A DNA stretch of 64,000 bases from Novosphingobium sp. (GTDB lineage Bacteria; Pseudomonadota; Alphaproteobacteria; Sphingomonadales; Sphingomonadaceae): NCBI GenBank assembly GCA_026400375.1, contig JAPLPG010000314.1, positions 1,763-65,762 on the forward strand. Direction: 5' to 3'. The position numbers were made by a program, and so were the translations under genes. The notes beneath the pieces are model-generated. The model saw only the letters and a list, made by a program, of their open reading frames with translations. It made no database searches and had not been told where the DNA came from. Below are positions 48,010 through 57,926 of this stretch, in pieces. The stretch's first letter is position 1. The number at the start of each line of letters is the position of its first letter.

Positions 48010-49023
48010 GTGGCTAATATCAAGGACATTGCCGCGCATGCCGGCGTTTCGATCGCCACGGTATCGCGCGCCTTGCGCAAGCCCGATCTGGTCAAGGACA
48101 AGACCGCAGCAAAGATTGCCGCAGCGATAAGTGAACTGGGCTACAAGCCGAACATGGTGGCTGCTTCGCTGCGCAGGCAAAAGGCCGATGCGGTGATCGT
48201 GGCGGTTCCGGACATCCACAATCCGTTCACCTCGTTGTTCGTCCAGGGCGTGGAGAATGTGGCGCGCGAGCATGGGGTCAAGGTCCTGCTGGCAATCACC
48301 GAGGGACGCCAGGACCTGCTGGATCTTCACTACGAAATGGTCGCAGGCAAGCAGGCGGACGGCATGATCGTGCTCGACGTCAACCTCCCCACTGCGATCA
48401 GGACCCAGGGCGAAGATGGCCGGACGCTGCCGATCGTGCTGGTCTGCGAATACGCCGAAGCATCGCAGCAGCCGCGCGTGCGGGTCGATGATCTGCAGGC
48501 TGCCATCGCGGCGGCAAACCACATCGCGTCCCTGGGGCATCGCGACATCGCGTGTATCGCCGGGCCTGAACGACAGCGCATGAGCCATGATCGCCAGCGC
48601 GGCTTCCGGCTGGGCTTGCGCCGCGCGGGGATCGAACTGCACGAAGCGCTGGTCGAGCGTGGCGATTATTCGATCCGCTCAGGCTTCGAAGCGACGCGCC
48701 GCCTGCTGGAACAGGGACGGCCGTTCACTGCGTTGCTGTGCGAGAACGATGAAATGGCCATCGGCGCGATCCGCGCCCTGGCGCTTGACGGATTGAGCGT
48801 GCCGGGGGACGTCAGCGTCATCGGAATCGACAACTTGCGGTTCGCCGAATTCTGCAACCCGAGCCTGACCACGATCGCCCTGTCCACCGACATTCTGGGC
48901 GAAGAGGCCATGCGGTTGATGCTGGATTACGATATCGACCCCGAGATCGGCCGCCGCGAGGTGATCGTGCCGCACGAACTGATCGTGCGCGACAGCACGG
49001 CGGCGCCGCGCGGCCAAGCCTGA
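48010..49023 (+). CDS. LacI family transcriptional regulator
   Basis: IKDIAAHAGVSIATVSRAL, LGYKPN, NPF, NDEMAIG, VIGID, PSLTTI. Confidence 0.94.
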   Translation: MANIKDIAAHAGVSIATVSRALRKPDLVKDKTAAKIAAAISELGYKPNMVAASLRRQKADAVIVAVPDIHNPFTSLFVQGVENVAREHGVKVLLAITEGRQDLLDLHYEMVAGKQADGMIVLDVNLPTAIRTQGEDGRTLPIVLVCEYAEASQQPRVRVDDLQAAIAAANHIASLGHRDIACIAGPERQRMSHDRQRGFRLGLRRAGIELHEALVERGDYSIRSGFEATRRLLEQGRPFTALLCENDEMAIGAIRALALDGLSVPGDVSVIGIDNLRFAEFCNPSLTTIALSTDILGEEAMRLMLDYDIDPEIGRREVIVPHELIVRDSTAAPRGQA

Positions 49024-49440
49024 GCGGGCGGCGTAATTGAAATCAATTACATTGTTGAAGGTTTGGGTGGTTCCGTTGTCTAAATACTTGTAATAAAACG
49101 GAATATAGAGATCACCGTTGCCTGGGTGCTAAGCATGGCGGCAATAGCTGTGGCCATGAAGTTGTGCGGCGGCGATAAGCATGCGCCCACACCGGAGAAG
49201 CGCTTGGGATGCCGTCCATCCTGCGCATGATTCGGGCTGGCAATTCTCCACTGATCGTCGATTCCGCGTATTTTTCCAACTCGAAATTGCTTTCGATTAC
49301 ATTGCCTACCCTGCCTAGAGAGCGCCAGAAAACAGCGAAAAATCACGGATCTGCCGGGCTTGGCAAGGGTCGCTCTAGCCAATGCGCGAGGCACAGGGCG
49401 TGAAAAACATTGCCAAAACCGGAATCCTGCCTATTCACAA

Positions 49441-49454
49441 TGTAAACGTTGTCA
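49441..49454. promoter_or_regulatory. Candidate LacI operator upstream of TBDR
   Basis: TGTAAACGTTGTCA, a LacI-type palindrome with central CG. Confidence 0.6.
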
Positions 49455-49504
49455 AAATGCAGGTGCAGTGCTCTTGCATGAAAATGACCTTCAGGGAGGC
49501 CGGT

Positions 49505-51631
49505 ATGAAATTCGATGCGATTACCCGATTGATCACCACCAGCATGTTGGCGCTCGTGGCGACTGGCGCTGCCAGTTCCGCACTCGCGCAGGAAGCGGCG
49601 AATGCCAATCAGGGCGCGCTTGGCGAAATCGTCGTCACCGCGGAAAAGCGCGAAGGTACCGCGCAAAAGACCCCGATCGCGATGACCGTGGCCAGCGGCG
49701 CGCAGCTGATCTCCAGCGGCGTCACCGACGTCAATGGGCTGACCAACATTGCCCCCACGCTGAACATCGCGCAGAACAACCAGAACATGCTGATCACCAT
49801 TCGCGGCGTTTCCAGCCGGGATTACACCGAGACCGGCAACCCGGCGGTGGCGCTCAGCACCGACAATTTCTACCTGCAGAACGGCACGGCGCTGAACGTC
49901 GGCTTCTTCGATCTCGAACGCGTCGAAGTGCTGCGCGGTCCGCAAGGCACGCTTTACGGCCGCAACGCCACGGCAGGGGCGATCAACATCCAGACCGCCA
50001 AGCCCAAGGACATCGTCGAAGGCAACTTCGCGCTGGAATATGGCTACAAGAATGCGCTGATCGCAGAAGGCATGTTCAACGTGCCGCTCAACGAGGCGTT
50101 CAAGCTGCGTGCCGCGTTCTCGGTCCATCAGCGCGATGCCTATCGTGACAACGGTTCGCTGCGCTCGACATCCGGTCTTGTCACCAAGGGCGGCAACGAC
50201 GATGTCAGCCAGGCCGCGCGCATCCACCTTGCCTATGAGCCATCGGGCAGCCCGTTCACCGCCCTGGTCACCGGTGAATACACCCATGTCGGCGGCGTTG
50301 GCGCGGTGCTCAAGGGCATTCCCTACAGCGATGTCGTCAACGGCGAGCTGAAGCTGGGCGATGACCGTAAGTGGGAACTGAACAACCAGGGCTATATCGA
50401 TCTGACGATCAAGAACGCCCGCTGGAACTTCAACTACGATGCCGGTCCGGTCACGCTGTCCTATTTCGGCGGCTATCGCGATCAGGACCTGCGCCGCGGC
50501 AATGACCAGGACGGCGGCACCGCGCAGAACTTCGCCTTCCCGACGTCGGGGTCCACCGAAACGCAGAACCACGAACTGCGGCTGGCATCGAACCTTTCCG
50601 GTCCGTTCGGCTTCCAGACCGGCCTGTACTACTTCAAGGAGCAGGGTCAGGCGCTGACCTACTTCCAGGTGCTCGGCGGTGCGACGCCGTTCAACTTCTA
50701 CACCTTCGACTATGACACCGGTTCGCGGTCCTATGCCGCATTCGGCCAGGCGTGGTACCAGGTGACGCCCGACCTCAAGATCGAGGCTGGCGCGCGCTAC
50801 ACCAAGGAAAAGAAGACTCAGGTCGGCTTCAACAACATCGCCGGAACGGTCACCAACGTGAACGCCCGTTACGAAGGCGGCAAGGACACCTATCACCTTG
50901 GCGTGAACTGGCAGGCAACGCCGGACAACCTGGTCTATGCCAAGTTCGACAGCGGCTTCAAGGCGGGCGGTTTCCAGAACGGCTTCACCTTCGGCCCCGA
51001 AACGATCCGCGCCTATGAAGCGGGGATCAAGAACCGCTTTCTTGGCCGTTCGCTGCAGGTCAACCTCTCGGGCTTCCTGTACGATTACGTCGATCTGCAG
51101 GTGCAGCAGAATGATCCGGTCACCGCCATCTCGCGCATCTTCAACGCGGGCAAGGCGCGGATCTATGGCGGGGAGCTGGAAACGACGTGGCGGGCGAGCG
51201 ATGCCGACCAGCTCGATCTCAGCGTTGCCTACCTGCATTCGCGCTACACCGATTTCCTGACCGGCGGCGTGCAATATGCCGGCAACGAGCTGCCGCAGGC
51301 CCCGGCCTGGTCGCTCTCGGGCGGCTACTCGCACGATTTCCAGGTTGGTGATGGCAAGGTGACCGCGCGGGTCCAGAGCCGCTACCAGTCAAGATCGTTC
51401 TTCTCGTTCCGCAACATCAACACCGAAAAGCAGGACGCCTATTCGAAGACCGACCTGCTGCTGACCTACACACCTGAAAGCCGGAAGGGCCTGTCGCTGT
51501 CTGCCTATGTCCGCAATATCGAGGACTCGGTCATCCTGACCACGTCGGAAGAAGCCGGCTATGCCGGTGGCTATCTGGTGCAGTTCGCCGATCCCCGCAC
51601 TTGGGGCGTCCGGGTGAACTACGCATTCTGA
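49505..51631 (+). CDS. TonB-dependent receptor
   Basis: GGAGG RBS, signal peptide, IVVTAEKRE, VEVLRGPQGTLYGRNAT, PRTWGVRVNYAF. Confidence 0.95.
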   Translation: MKFDAITRLITTSMLALVATGAASSALAQEAANANQGALGEIVVTAEKREGTAQKTPIAMTVASGAQLISSGVTDVNGLTNIAPTLNIAQNNQNMLITIRGVSSRDYTETGNPAVALSTDNFYLQNGTALNVGFFDLERVEVLRGPQGTLYGRNATAGAINIQTAKPKDIVEGNFALEYGYKNALIAEGMFNVPLNEAFKLRAAFSVHQRDAYRDNGSLRSTSGLVTKGGNDDVSQAARIHLAYEPSGSPFTALVTGEYTHVGGVGAVLKGIPYSDVVNGELKLGDDRKWELNNQGYIDLTIKNARWNFNYDAGPVTLSYFGGYRDQDLRRGNDQDGGTAQNFAFPTSGSTETQNHELRLASNLSGPFGFQTGLYYFKEQGQALTYFQVLGGATPFNFYTFDYDTGSRSYAAFGQAWYQVTPDLKIEAGARYTKEKKTQVGFNNIAGTVTNVNARYEGGKDTYHLGVNWQATPDNLVYAKFDSGFKAGGFQNGFTFGPETIRAYEAGIKNRFLGRSLQVNLSGFLYDYVDLQVQQNDPVTAISRIFNAGKARIYGGELETTWRASDADQLDLSVAYLHSRYTDFLTGGVQYAGNELPQAPAWSLSGGYSHDFQVGDGKVTARVQSRYQSRSFFSFRNINTEKQDAYSKTDLLLTYTPESRKGLSLSAYVRNIEDSVILTTSEEAGYAGGYLVQFADPRTWGVRVNYAF

Positions 51632-51648
51632 ACCAGTCTGGCTGAAAT

Positions 51649-51676
51649 CGGGGGCGGTGCGTCAGTGCCGCCCCCG
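51649..51676 (+). other. GC-rich intra-operon hairpin (no U tail)
   Basis: CGGGGGCGG / CCGCCCCCG after the TBDR stop. Confidence 0.5.
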
Positions 51677-51764
51677 CCGTCGGGCTGATCCGACCCATAC
51701 TTCATACTTGTATCGCCTGCCGAACATGGTGTTCAATTGCGCGATCAGCGGGAATAGCCAGTTC

Positions 51765-52727
51765 ATGTTCGCTTTCGGTGTAGACCTGATTACCTTTTTC
51801 GACCCCGGTTTCTGGTCGGTCGACAGCGAGGATCAGATCATCGCGCTGGCAGCGCGCGAGCCCCGCAGATTCTGGACGACCATTCTGGATACGCTGTGCG
51901 AAAGCGGCGTCGATGGTCTTGAGTTCACGTTCGCCCCGTTCGCTCCGGAAGGCCTGGTAGAGGCGTTTGGCGGGTTTGAAGCGGCGCAGCAGGCGCTCAT
52001 CCAGCGCAAGCTGTCGGTCGCCAGCGGGTTCATGGCCGATCTTGCCCTGTCAGGGCTTGGCGATGCGGCCAATGTCGAAAGGATGCTGGCGACCGGCGAT
52101 GCCTATGCCGCAGCCCTGGCGGCATGGGGCGGCAAGGCGCTCGTGCTGGGCCTGCCGATGCGGCGCAGTTGGGATGCGCAGCCGCCGCTGTTCGTAGACC
52201 TCGACACCGCCCGCCCGATCGCCGATTTCTGCAACCGCCTGGGGGCGATAACCCTGCGCCATGGCGTGCGGCTGGCCCTGCATCCCGAAGCGCATTCGAT
52301 GTTTTGCCACGCCCGCGATATCGACCTGTTCATGATGCTGACTGATCCGGTCTATGTCGGCTTCTGCCCGGATAGCGCCCACTTGCTGCTTTCGGGCGGC
52401 GATCCGGTGGCAATTGCCACGCGTCATGCTGAACGACTGATAACCGCGCACTGGAAGGACGCGATCAGTGCGATGCCGGTACAGATCCCGGTCGATGCGG
52501 GCGTTCACCATGCCCATCGCAAATACTTCTGCGCGCTGGGTGAAGGCACGGTAGACCTTGAAGGCTGGGCCAAGGCGATGGCAGGGACCCTCGGCGGGAC
52601 CTCGACCAGCCCAACCTGGGCCATCCTCGAAATCGACGCGGTGGCCGATCCGCTTTGCGAAATCCGGCAGTCGCTCGTCACCGCCCGCCGGCTGGTTGGC
52701 GAACGGCAGCGGGGAGTGCTGGCATGA
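51765..52727 (+). CDS. Sugar phosphate isomerase/epimerase family (IolE-like TIM barrel)
   Basis: LHPEAHS, CPDSAH, HWKD, FCALGEG.VD, ILEID. Confidence 0.82.
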   Translation: MFAFGVDLITFFDPGFWSVDSEDQIIALAAREPRRFWTTILDTLCESGVDGLEFTFAPFAPEGLVEAFGGFEAAQQALIQRKLSVASGFMADLALSGLGDAANVERMLATGDAYAAALAAWGGKALVLGLPMRRSWDAQPPLFVDLDTARPIADFCNRLGAITLRHGVRLALHPEAHSMFCHARDIDLFMMLTDPVYVGFCPDSAHLLLSGGDPVAIATRHAERLITAHWKDAISAMPVQIPVDAGVHHAHRKYFCALGEGTVDLEGWAKAMAGTLGGTSTSPTWAILEIDAVADPLCEIRQSLVTARRLVGERQRGVLA

Positions 52728-54058
52728 GCGATTCCCCGGGGCTTGGCGAACGGCTCAGCTATGCGCTGGGCAATTTCGGCATAAACCTGCCCTTCGGGAT
52801 GACCAACGCCTACCTCCTGTACTTCTATACCGACGTCTATGGCATCAGCGCAGGCACGGTGGCCTCGTTGTTCCTGTTCGCCCGCGCCTTCGATGCGCTG
52901 TTCGATCCGCTGATGGGTCTGATCATCGACCGGACCGAGACGCGCTGGGGCAAGCACCGCCCGTTCCTGCTGTGGCTTGCCCTGCCGTTTGCAGCGAGCG
53001 GCGCCCTCGTGTTCTGGATTCCGCCGCTGGCCGAAGGCTGGCGCGAAGTCTATATCTTTGCCTCCTACACGGTGCTGGGCGTACTCTATTCGGCGGTCAG
53101 CCTGCCGCTCAATTCGATGCTGCCCACGCTGACCCGCGATCCCGGCCAACGCAACATCATCAATGCCACGCGTGAATTCCTCGGCTCTTCGGCCACGGTC
53201 GGCATTGGCTATGCTGCCCTGCCGCTGATCAAGGCCTTCAGTCCCGGCAACGATGCGCGGGGCTTTTTCCTGCTAAGCCTCGGGCTTGCAGCCATCACGG
53301 TTGCCGCCTTGATCAACGCTTTCTTCAACACGCGCGAGCGCGTTGCCAACCATACCGGCGCGGCGCGGTTGACCACGTCGCAATCACTGGGTGCCACGCG
53401 CGGAAACTGGCCATGGATCGCCACCATGGGGGTCAATTTCTTCTTCTGGGTCGGTTTTACCGGGCACCTGCAGTCCTTCGTCTATTATGCCAATGCCGTG
53501 CTCGAAAAAGTCGATCTGGTTTCGACCCTGATGCTGACGATGATGGCCGTGCTGGCGGGAACGGCGGTTGCCGGGGTCATGGCCAACGCGATCGGCAAGG
53601 TTACCACCGGCATGGTCGGCGCAGCGCTGGCGGCGGTGTTCACCATCGCGCTGGTCTTCGTGCGCGAACCAGCGCTGGTGCTGGGCGCCAACGTGATCGC
53701 CTATTTCGGGCAGGGGCTGATCGGCGGACTGCTGTTTTCGCTGATGGCAGATGCGGTCGATTACGGCGAATGGCGCAACGGCTATCGTGCCCAAGGCTTC
53801 CTCTTTGCCGGGTCCAGTTTCGGCGTGAAGCTGGGCATGAGCATCGGCGGCGCGGCCGGGGCCTGGTTCCTCAGCCTGGCGAACTACACTGCGGGCACAG
53901 CGCCCACCGCCGACGTCCGCAGCGCGGTGATGGCCGGCCACGTCTGGCTTCCGGCTGCCAGCTTCGTCCTGATGGGCGCAAGCCTGCTGGTCTTCCGTTT
54001 TCCGCGCAATTACCGGCACGGCCAGCCCGGCGTCGGCTCCCCTGCGAAACTGGGTTGA
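52724..54058 (+). CDS. GPH family glycoside-pentoside-hexuronide:cation symporter
   Basis: RLSYALGNFG, LLYFYTDV, DALFDPLMG..IDRT.TRWGK.RP, ADAVDYGEW. Confidence 0.92.
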   Translation: MSDSPGLGERLSYALGNFGINLPFGMTNAYLLYFYTDVYGISAGTVASLFLFARAFDALFDPLMGLIIDRTETRWGKHRPFLLWLALPFAASGALVFWIPPLAEGWREVYIFASYTVLGVLYSAVSLPLNSMLPTLTRDPGQRNIINATREFLGSSATVGIGYAALPLIKAFSPGNDARGFFLLSLGLAAITVAALINAFFNTRERVANHTGAARLTTSQSLGATRGNWPWIATMGVNFFFWVGFTGHLQSFVYYANAVLEKVDLVSTLMLTMMAVLAGTAVAGVMANAIGKVTTGMVGAALAAVFTIALVFVREPALVLGANVIAYFGQGLIGGLLFSLMADAVDYGEWRNGYRAQGFLFAGSSFGVKLGMSIGGAAGAWFLSLANYTAGTAPTADVRSAVMAGHVWLPAASFVLMGASLLVFRFPRNYRHGQPGVGSPAKLG

Positions 54059-54069
54059 AGGTTATCCCG

Positions 54070-55674
54070 ATGACGTTCGATTACATCATCGTCGGCGCAG
54101 GCTCTGCCGGGTGCGTGCTGGCAGAGCGGCTGAGCGCGGATGGCCGGACGACCGTGCTGCTGCTCGAGGCCGGTGGCCGCAATGACGAACTCATGGTCAG
54201 CATGCCGCGCGGAATGGTCAGGATCTGGCCGAAGCCGAAATGGTACTGGCCCTTTCCCGCCGAGCCGCAGGAAGGCCGACCGACGGGTGAAACGTGGTAT
54301 TATGGCAAGGGGCTGGGCGGTTCCAGCGCGGTCAACGGCACCTGGTATTTCCGTGGCCAGCCAAAGGATTATGACGCCTGGGCGGCGCTCGGCAACAGCG
54401 GCTGGAACTGGGCCGAGATGGAGCGTTGCTATCAGGCGATCGAACGCTATCACGGCACGGGAGCCGGCCGTGGGCGCGCCGGGCCGGTTGACATTACCGT
54501 GCAGGACGTGGCCGATCCGATCAGCCAGGCCATTCTGGCGGCGGCCGGTGAAGCGGGAATACCGCAGGGCGCCGACGTAAACGCGCCGGCCCGTTGCGTG
54601 GCGGGGCCAACGCAGCAAACGGTCGATCCTGCCGGCAAGCGCGTCACCGCCTACACGGCCTTTCTCAAGGCTGCGGCCAGCCGCCGCAATCTGACGATCC
54701 GCACCGATACGCTGGTCAAGCGCATCGCTTTCGAAGGCACGCGCGCGACCGGTGTGGTGATCGAGCAGGGGGGCGCTGAAACGACGCTTGCCGCCGGCCG
54801 GGTCATCCTTGCCGCGGGCGTCCTGCAAAGCCCCAAGCTACTCCAGCTTTCCGGCATCGGCCCGGCCGAGGTGCTCGGCAGGTTCGGCATCCCGATGGTG
54901 CATGAAAACCCGGCCGTCGGGCGCAACATGAACGAGCACATGATGTTCTCGCTTAGTTGGCGGCTGCTTGGCGCGAAGGGCCACAACCACCAGTTTCGCG
55001 GCTGGCGGCCATACCTGCACGGGCTGCGCTACATCCTGACCGGCAAGGGACTGATGGCCTCGCTCCTGCCCGAAGTCTCGGTGATGACTGCGCTGGAAGC
55101 GCAGGCCGACTGGCCGGACCTGCAGATCGGCATATCGCCCTATTCGATGGGCAACGATGTGGCCGAGCAGGCCGAGGCAGGCCGGGGCATCCCCGATGCC
55201 ACTCCGGGCATCACGGCCACCGCATTCTGCCTGCGCCCCGCCAGCAAGGGCCTTGTCGAACTCGCATCGACAGACGCCGCCGCGCCGCCCCGGCTCGTTC
55301 CCAACTGGTTTGCCGCCCCGCAGGATCGCCAGACCGTGGTCCGCGCCGTCCAGCAGGTCCGCGCGCTGATGCGCCAGCCCGCCCTTGCCCGGTTCATCGG
55401 TGAGGAACTTGGCCCGTGCAAGGATCTGGTTACCGACGAAGCGCTGTTGGCCCGGGTGGACGGCCTGATTTCCACCGGACTTCACGGGACGGGCACTTGC
55501 CGGATGGGGGCGGGCCCAGGCTCAGTGGTCGGGCCGGACCTTGCGGTCCACGGCGTCGAAGGGCTCTACGTCATCGATTGCTCGGCCATGCCCACACCGA
55601 TATCCGGCAACACCAACGGCCCGGCCATGGCCTTTGCCTGGCGCGCGGCGGAATTGCTGATGTCCCGCCCCTGA
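54070..55674 (+). CDS. GMC family oxidoreductase
   Basis: DYIIVGAGSAG, GKGLGGSSAVNG, LSGIGP, HGTGTCRMG, GNTNGP. Confidence 0.93.
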   Translation: MTFDYIIVGAGSAGCVLAERLSADGRTTVLLLEAGGRNDELMVSMPRGMVRIWPKPKWYWPFPAEPQEGRPTGETWYYGKGLGGSSAVNGTWYFRGQPKDYDAWAALGNSGWNWAEMERCYQAIERYHGTGAGRGRAGPVDITVQDVADPISQAILAAAGEAGIPQGADVNAPARCVAGPTQQTVDPAGKRVTAYTAFLKAAASRRNLTIRTDTLVKRIAFEGTRATGVVIEQGGAETTLAAGRVILAAGVLQSPKLLQLSGIGPAEVLGRFGIPMVHENPAVGRNMNEHMMFSLSWRLLGAKGHNHQFRGWRPYLHGLRYILTGKGLMASLLPEVSVMTALEAQADWPDLQIGISPYSMGNDVAEQAEAGRGIPDATPGITATAFCLRPASKGLVELASTDAAAPPRLVPNWFAAPQDRQTVVRAVQQVRALMRQPALARFIGEELGPCKDLVTDEALLARVDGLISTGLHGTGTCRMGAGPGSVVGPDLAVHGVEGLYVIDCSAMPTPISGNTNGPAMAFAWRAAELLMSRP

Positions 55675-55724
55675 TACCGCTTCCTGCGGCTGTGCTGGCG
55701 GTGCGGCAGCAGCGCTACAGGCGC

Positions 55725-56357
55725 TCAGGCGTTGCCGGGTGACCAAAGTTTGAGCAGCAGGTCCACCACACGGCGGACATGCCTGCGGATCTCGTCCTCG
55801 TCCGGCGCTGCGCTGACGCCCGCCATCACGCGGAAGTGCGCCTCTCCGCGCAACAGCGCAAAAAAGTCTTCGGTGCCCTGCAGCGGATCGTTCAGGTTCA
55901 GCGAACCGGCTTTGGCAAAGATCGCAAGCTGGCCAGCCACGCCCACCTTGCCCCGGTCCGGTCCCATTTCGAAAAACACGCGGCCGATTTCGGGTGAGCG
56001 CACGCAATCGCCCACGACGACGCGATTGATCGCAATCGCTTCCGGGCCATAGATGCCGGCCAGCAGCCGTTCGCCAACAGCGGTCAGGAAGATGCGCGGC
56101 GTTTCGCGCGGGATGTCGGCGCTATGGATCGGGCCAAGCACGGCGGCCGATCGCTGCTCCATCACCGCTTCGAACAACGCCTCCTTGGTCGGGAAATACT
56201 TGTACAGCGTGGCCTTGGACCCGCCCACGGCGCGGGCGATGGTCGACATCGACGTGGCGGCAAAGCCCTCGTTCAGGAACAGTTCGCTGGCTTTGCTCAC
56301 GATATCCTCGCGGCGCGCATCGGGTGCGGAACGGGGTAGGCGGGCATTGGTGACCAT
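55725..56357 (-). CDS. TetR/AcrR family regulator
   Basis: GFAATSMSTIA..VGGSKATLYKYF.TKE. Confidence 0.92.
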   Translation of the reverse strand: MVTNARLPRSAPDARREDIVSKASELFLNEGFAATSMSTIARAVGGSKATLYKYFPTKEALFEAVMEQRSAAVLGPIHSADIPRETPRIFLTAVGERLLAGIYGPEAIAINRVVVGDCVRSPEIGRVFFEMGPDRGKVGVAGQLAIFAKAGSLNLNDPLQGTEDFFALLRGEAHFRVMAGVSAAPDEDEIRRHVRRVVDLLLKLWSPGNA

Positions 56358-56409
56358 TCCGTACAGATAACCCTTGATTCCGGCAGGACAACCTGCAATC
56401 GGTCAACAG

Positions 56410-56428
56410 TGACCGTACGGAACGGTTA
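56410..56428. promoter_or_regulatory. Candidate TetR operator
   Basis: TGACCGT-ACGGA-ACGGTTA inverted repeat between divergent tetR and efflux operon. Confidence 0.6.
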
Positions 56429-56441
56429 TTAAGGGGGATTC

Positions 56442-57893
56442 GTGAGACCTGCAGCTTGGCCATGGATGGCGCGAACGCCTTTTGTGGCGGCCATGACCGC
56501 AGGGCTGCTCGGCAGCTGTGCAGCGGTTCCTCCGTCAGTTGACCAACCGCAGCCGATGGCGGCCGGAGCATTGGCGGGCACAAGGACCTTTGCGGATGCC
56601 GGCGGCGCCTGGCCCGAGGCCGAGTGGTGGCGCGCCTTCCGCGACCCGCAAGTCGAAGCCCTGGTGGCCGAGGCATTGCGGGATTCGCCAGACCTGTCCG
56701 CTGCGCAGGCCCGGCTTGCGCAGGCCCGCGCCCATGCGGAAGGGGCCAGCGCCCTGCGCGCGCCGCAAGTTACCGGCGACGCCGGGGTTTCTGCCAGCAA
56801 GCAGAGCTATAACGACGGAATTCCGCCACAGTTCGTGCCGCGCGGATACAATGATCGCGCCTCGCTGGGCCTGACGCTGGCCTATGATCTCGACCTGGCA
56901 GGCGGCGCACGGATGCGCGCACGCGCCGCACTGGGCGAGGCCACTGCCGCCGAGGTCGAGGTGCAGGCTGCCCGGATCTCGATCGCTTCGGCCGTGGTCT
57001 CAAGCTACATCGAACTCGTCCGCCTGGCAGCAGAACGCGCCAGCCTGCAGGAACTTGTGCGGATTCGTGCGGACAGCGAGGCGCTGATCGCCGCAAGGGT
57101 CAGCCAAGGCCTTGATTTGCCAGCCCGGTTGGCGCAGGCCAAGGCGCTGAGCGCATCGGCACGGGCCGATCTGGCGGGCGCGGAAGCAGCGGTCGCGGGG
57201 TTGCGCAATGCGCTTGCAGCGCTGCTCGGCAAAGGGCCGGATCGCGGGCGCGACATCGTGGTTCCCGAAACGCTGGGGATGGTTCCGCAAGGGTTGCCCA
57301 CGGTCTTGCCGCTCGATCTTGTCGGTCGGCGACCCGATGTCGTGGCAGCCCGTCTGCGCGTCGAGGCCGCCTCGGAACGCGCAGGCGCGACGCGTGCCAG
57401 CTTCTTTCCCAGCGTCAATCTTGTGGGCCTGATCGGCTTTCGCGCGCTGGGGATCGGCAATCTGTTCGATGCCGGCTCGGATGTCGGCAGTATCGGACCG
57501 GCGCTCAGCCTGCCGATCTTCGACGGCGGCCGCCTGCGCGCCAACTACCGCGGGACCTTGGCGCAGCGCGACCTTGCCGTGGCCGACTATAACCGCACGG
57601 TGGTAACCGCAGCGCGCGAAGTTGCCGATGCCCTGGCAGTCCAGCGCGCCGCCGCTGCGCAATCTGCCGAGGCCGAGCAAGCGCTGGCGCAGACCGTGCA
57701 AGCCCACGATACCGTCGTGCGGCGGCGCGCCGTGGGCCTTGCCGATCAGCTTGCCCTGCTGAACAGCGAGGATGCCCTGCGCCTGGCCCGCCTGCGCCGG
57801 GCAGATGTGGAGGCAATGCGGCTGGCCGCCGAAATCGCGCTGATCCGGGCGCTGGGCGGAGGCTTCGGACCCGCCAACCCGCCTGCCAATTGA
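56442..57893 (+). CDS. Efflux outer membrane factor lipoprotein (NodT/OprM family)
   Basis: Lipobox LLGSC, WWRAFRDP, RRPDV..A, LPIFDGG, LIRALGGG. Confidence 0.92.
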   Translation: MRPAAWPWMARTPFVAAMTAGLLGSCAAVPPSVDQPQPMAAGALAGTRTFADAGGAWPEAEWWRAFRDPQVEALVAEALRDSPDLSAAQARLAQARAHAEGASALRAPQVTGDAGVSASKQSYNDGIPPQFVPRGYNDRASLGLTLAYDLDLAGGARMRARAALGEATAAEVEVQAARISIASAVVSSYIELVRLAAERASLQELVRIRADSEALIAARVSQGLDLPARLAQAKALSASARADLAGAEAAVAGLRNALAALLGKGPDRGRDIVVPETLGMVPQGLPTVLPLDLVGRRPDVVAARLRVEAASERAGATRASFFPSVNLVGLIGFRALGIGNLFDAGSDVGSIGPALSLPIFDGGRLRANYRGTLAQRDLAVADYNRTVVTAAREVADALAVQRAAAAQSAEAEQALAQTVQAHDTVVRRRAVGLADQLALLNSEDALRLARLRRADVEAMRLAAEIALIRALGGGFGPANPPAN

Positions 57894-57926
57894 CACTGTC
57901 CTTCATCCAGCAAGGTTCAATCGACC

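Noticed and set aside
53413-54069. Apparent 753-aa extended GMC
   Set aside because: The extension is an off-frame overlap with the GPH transporter; the FAD-binding motif starts right after ATG 54070
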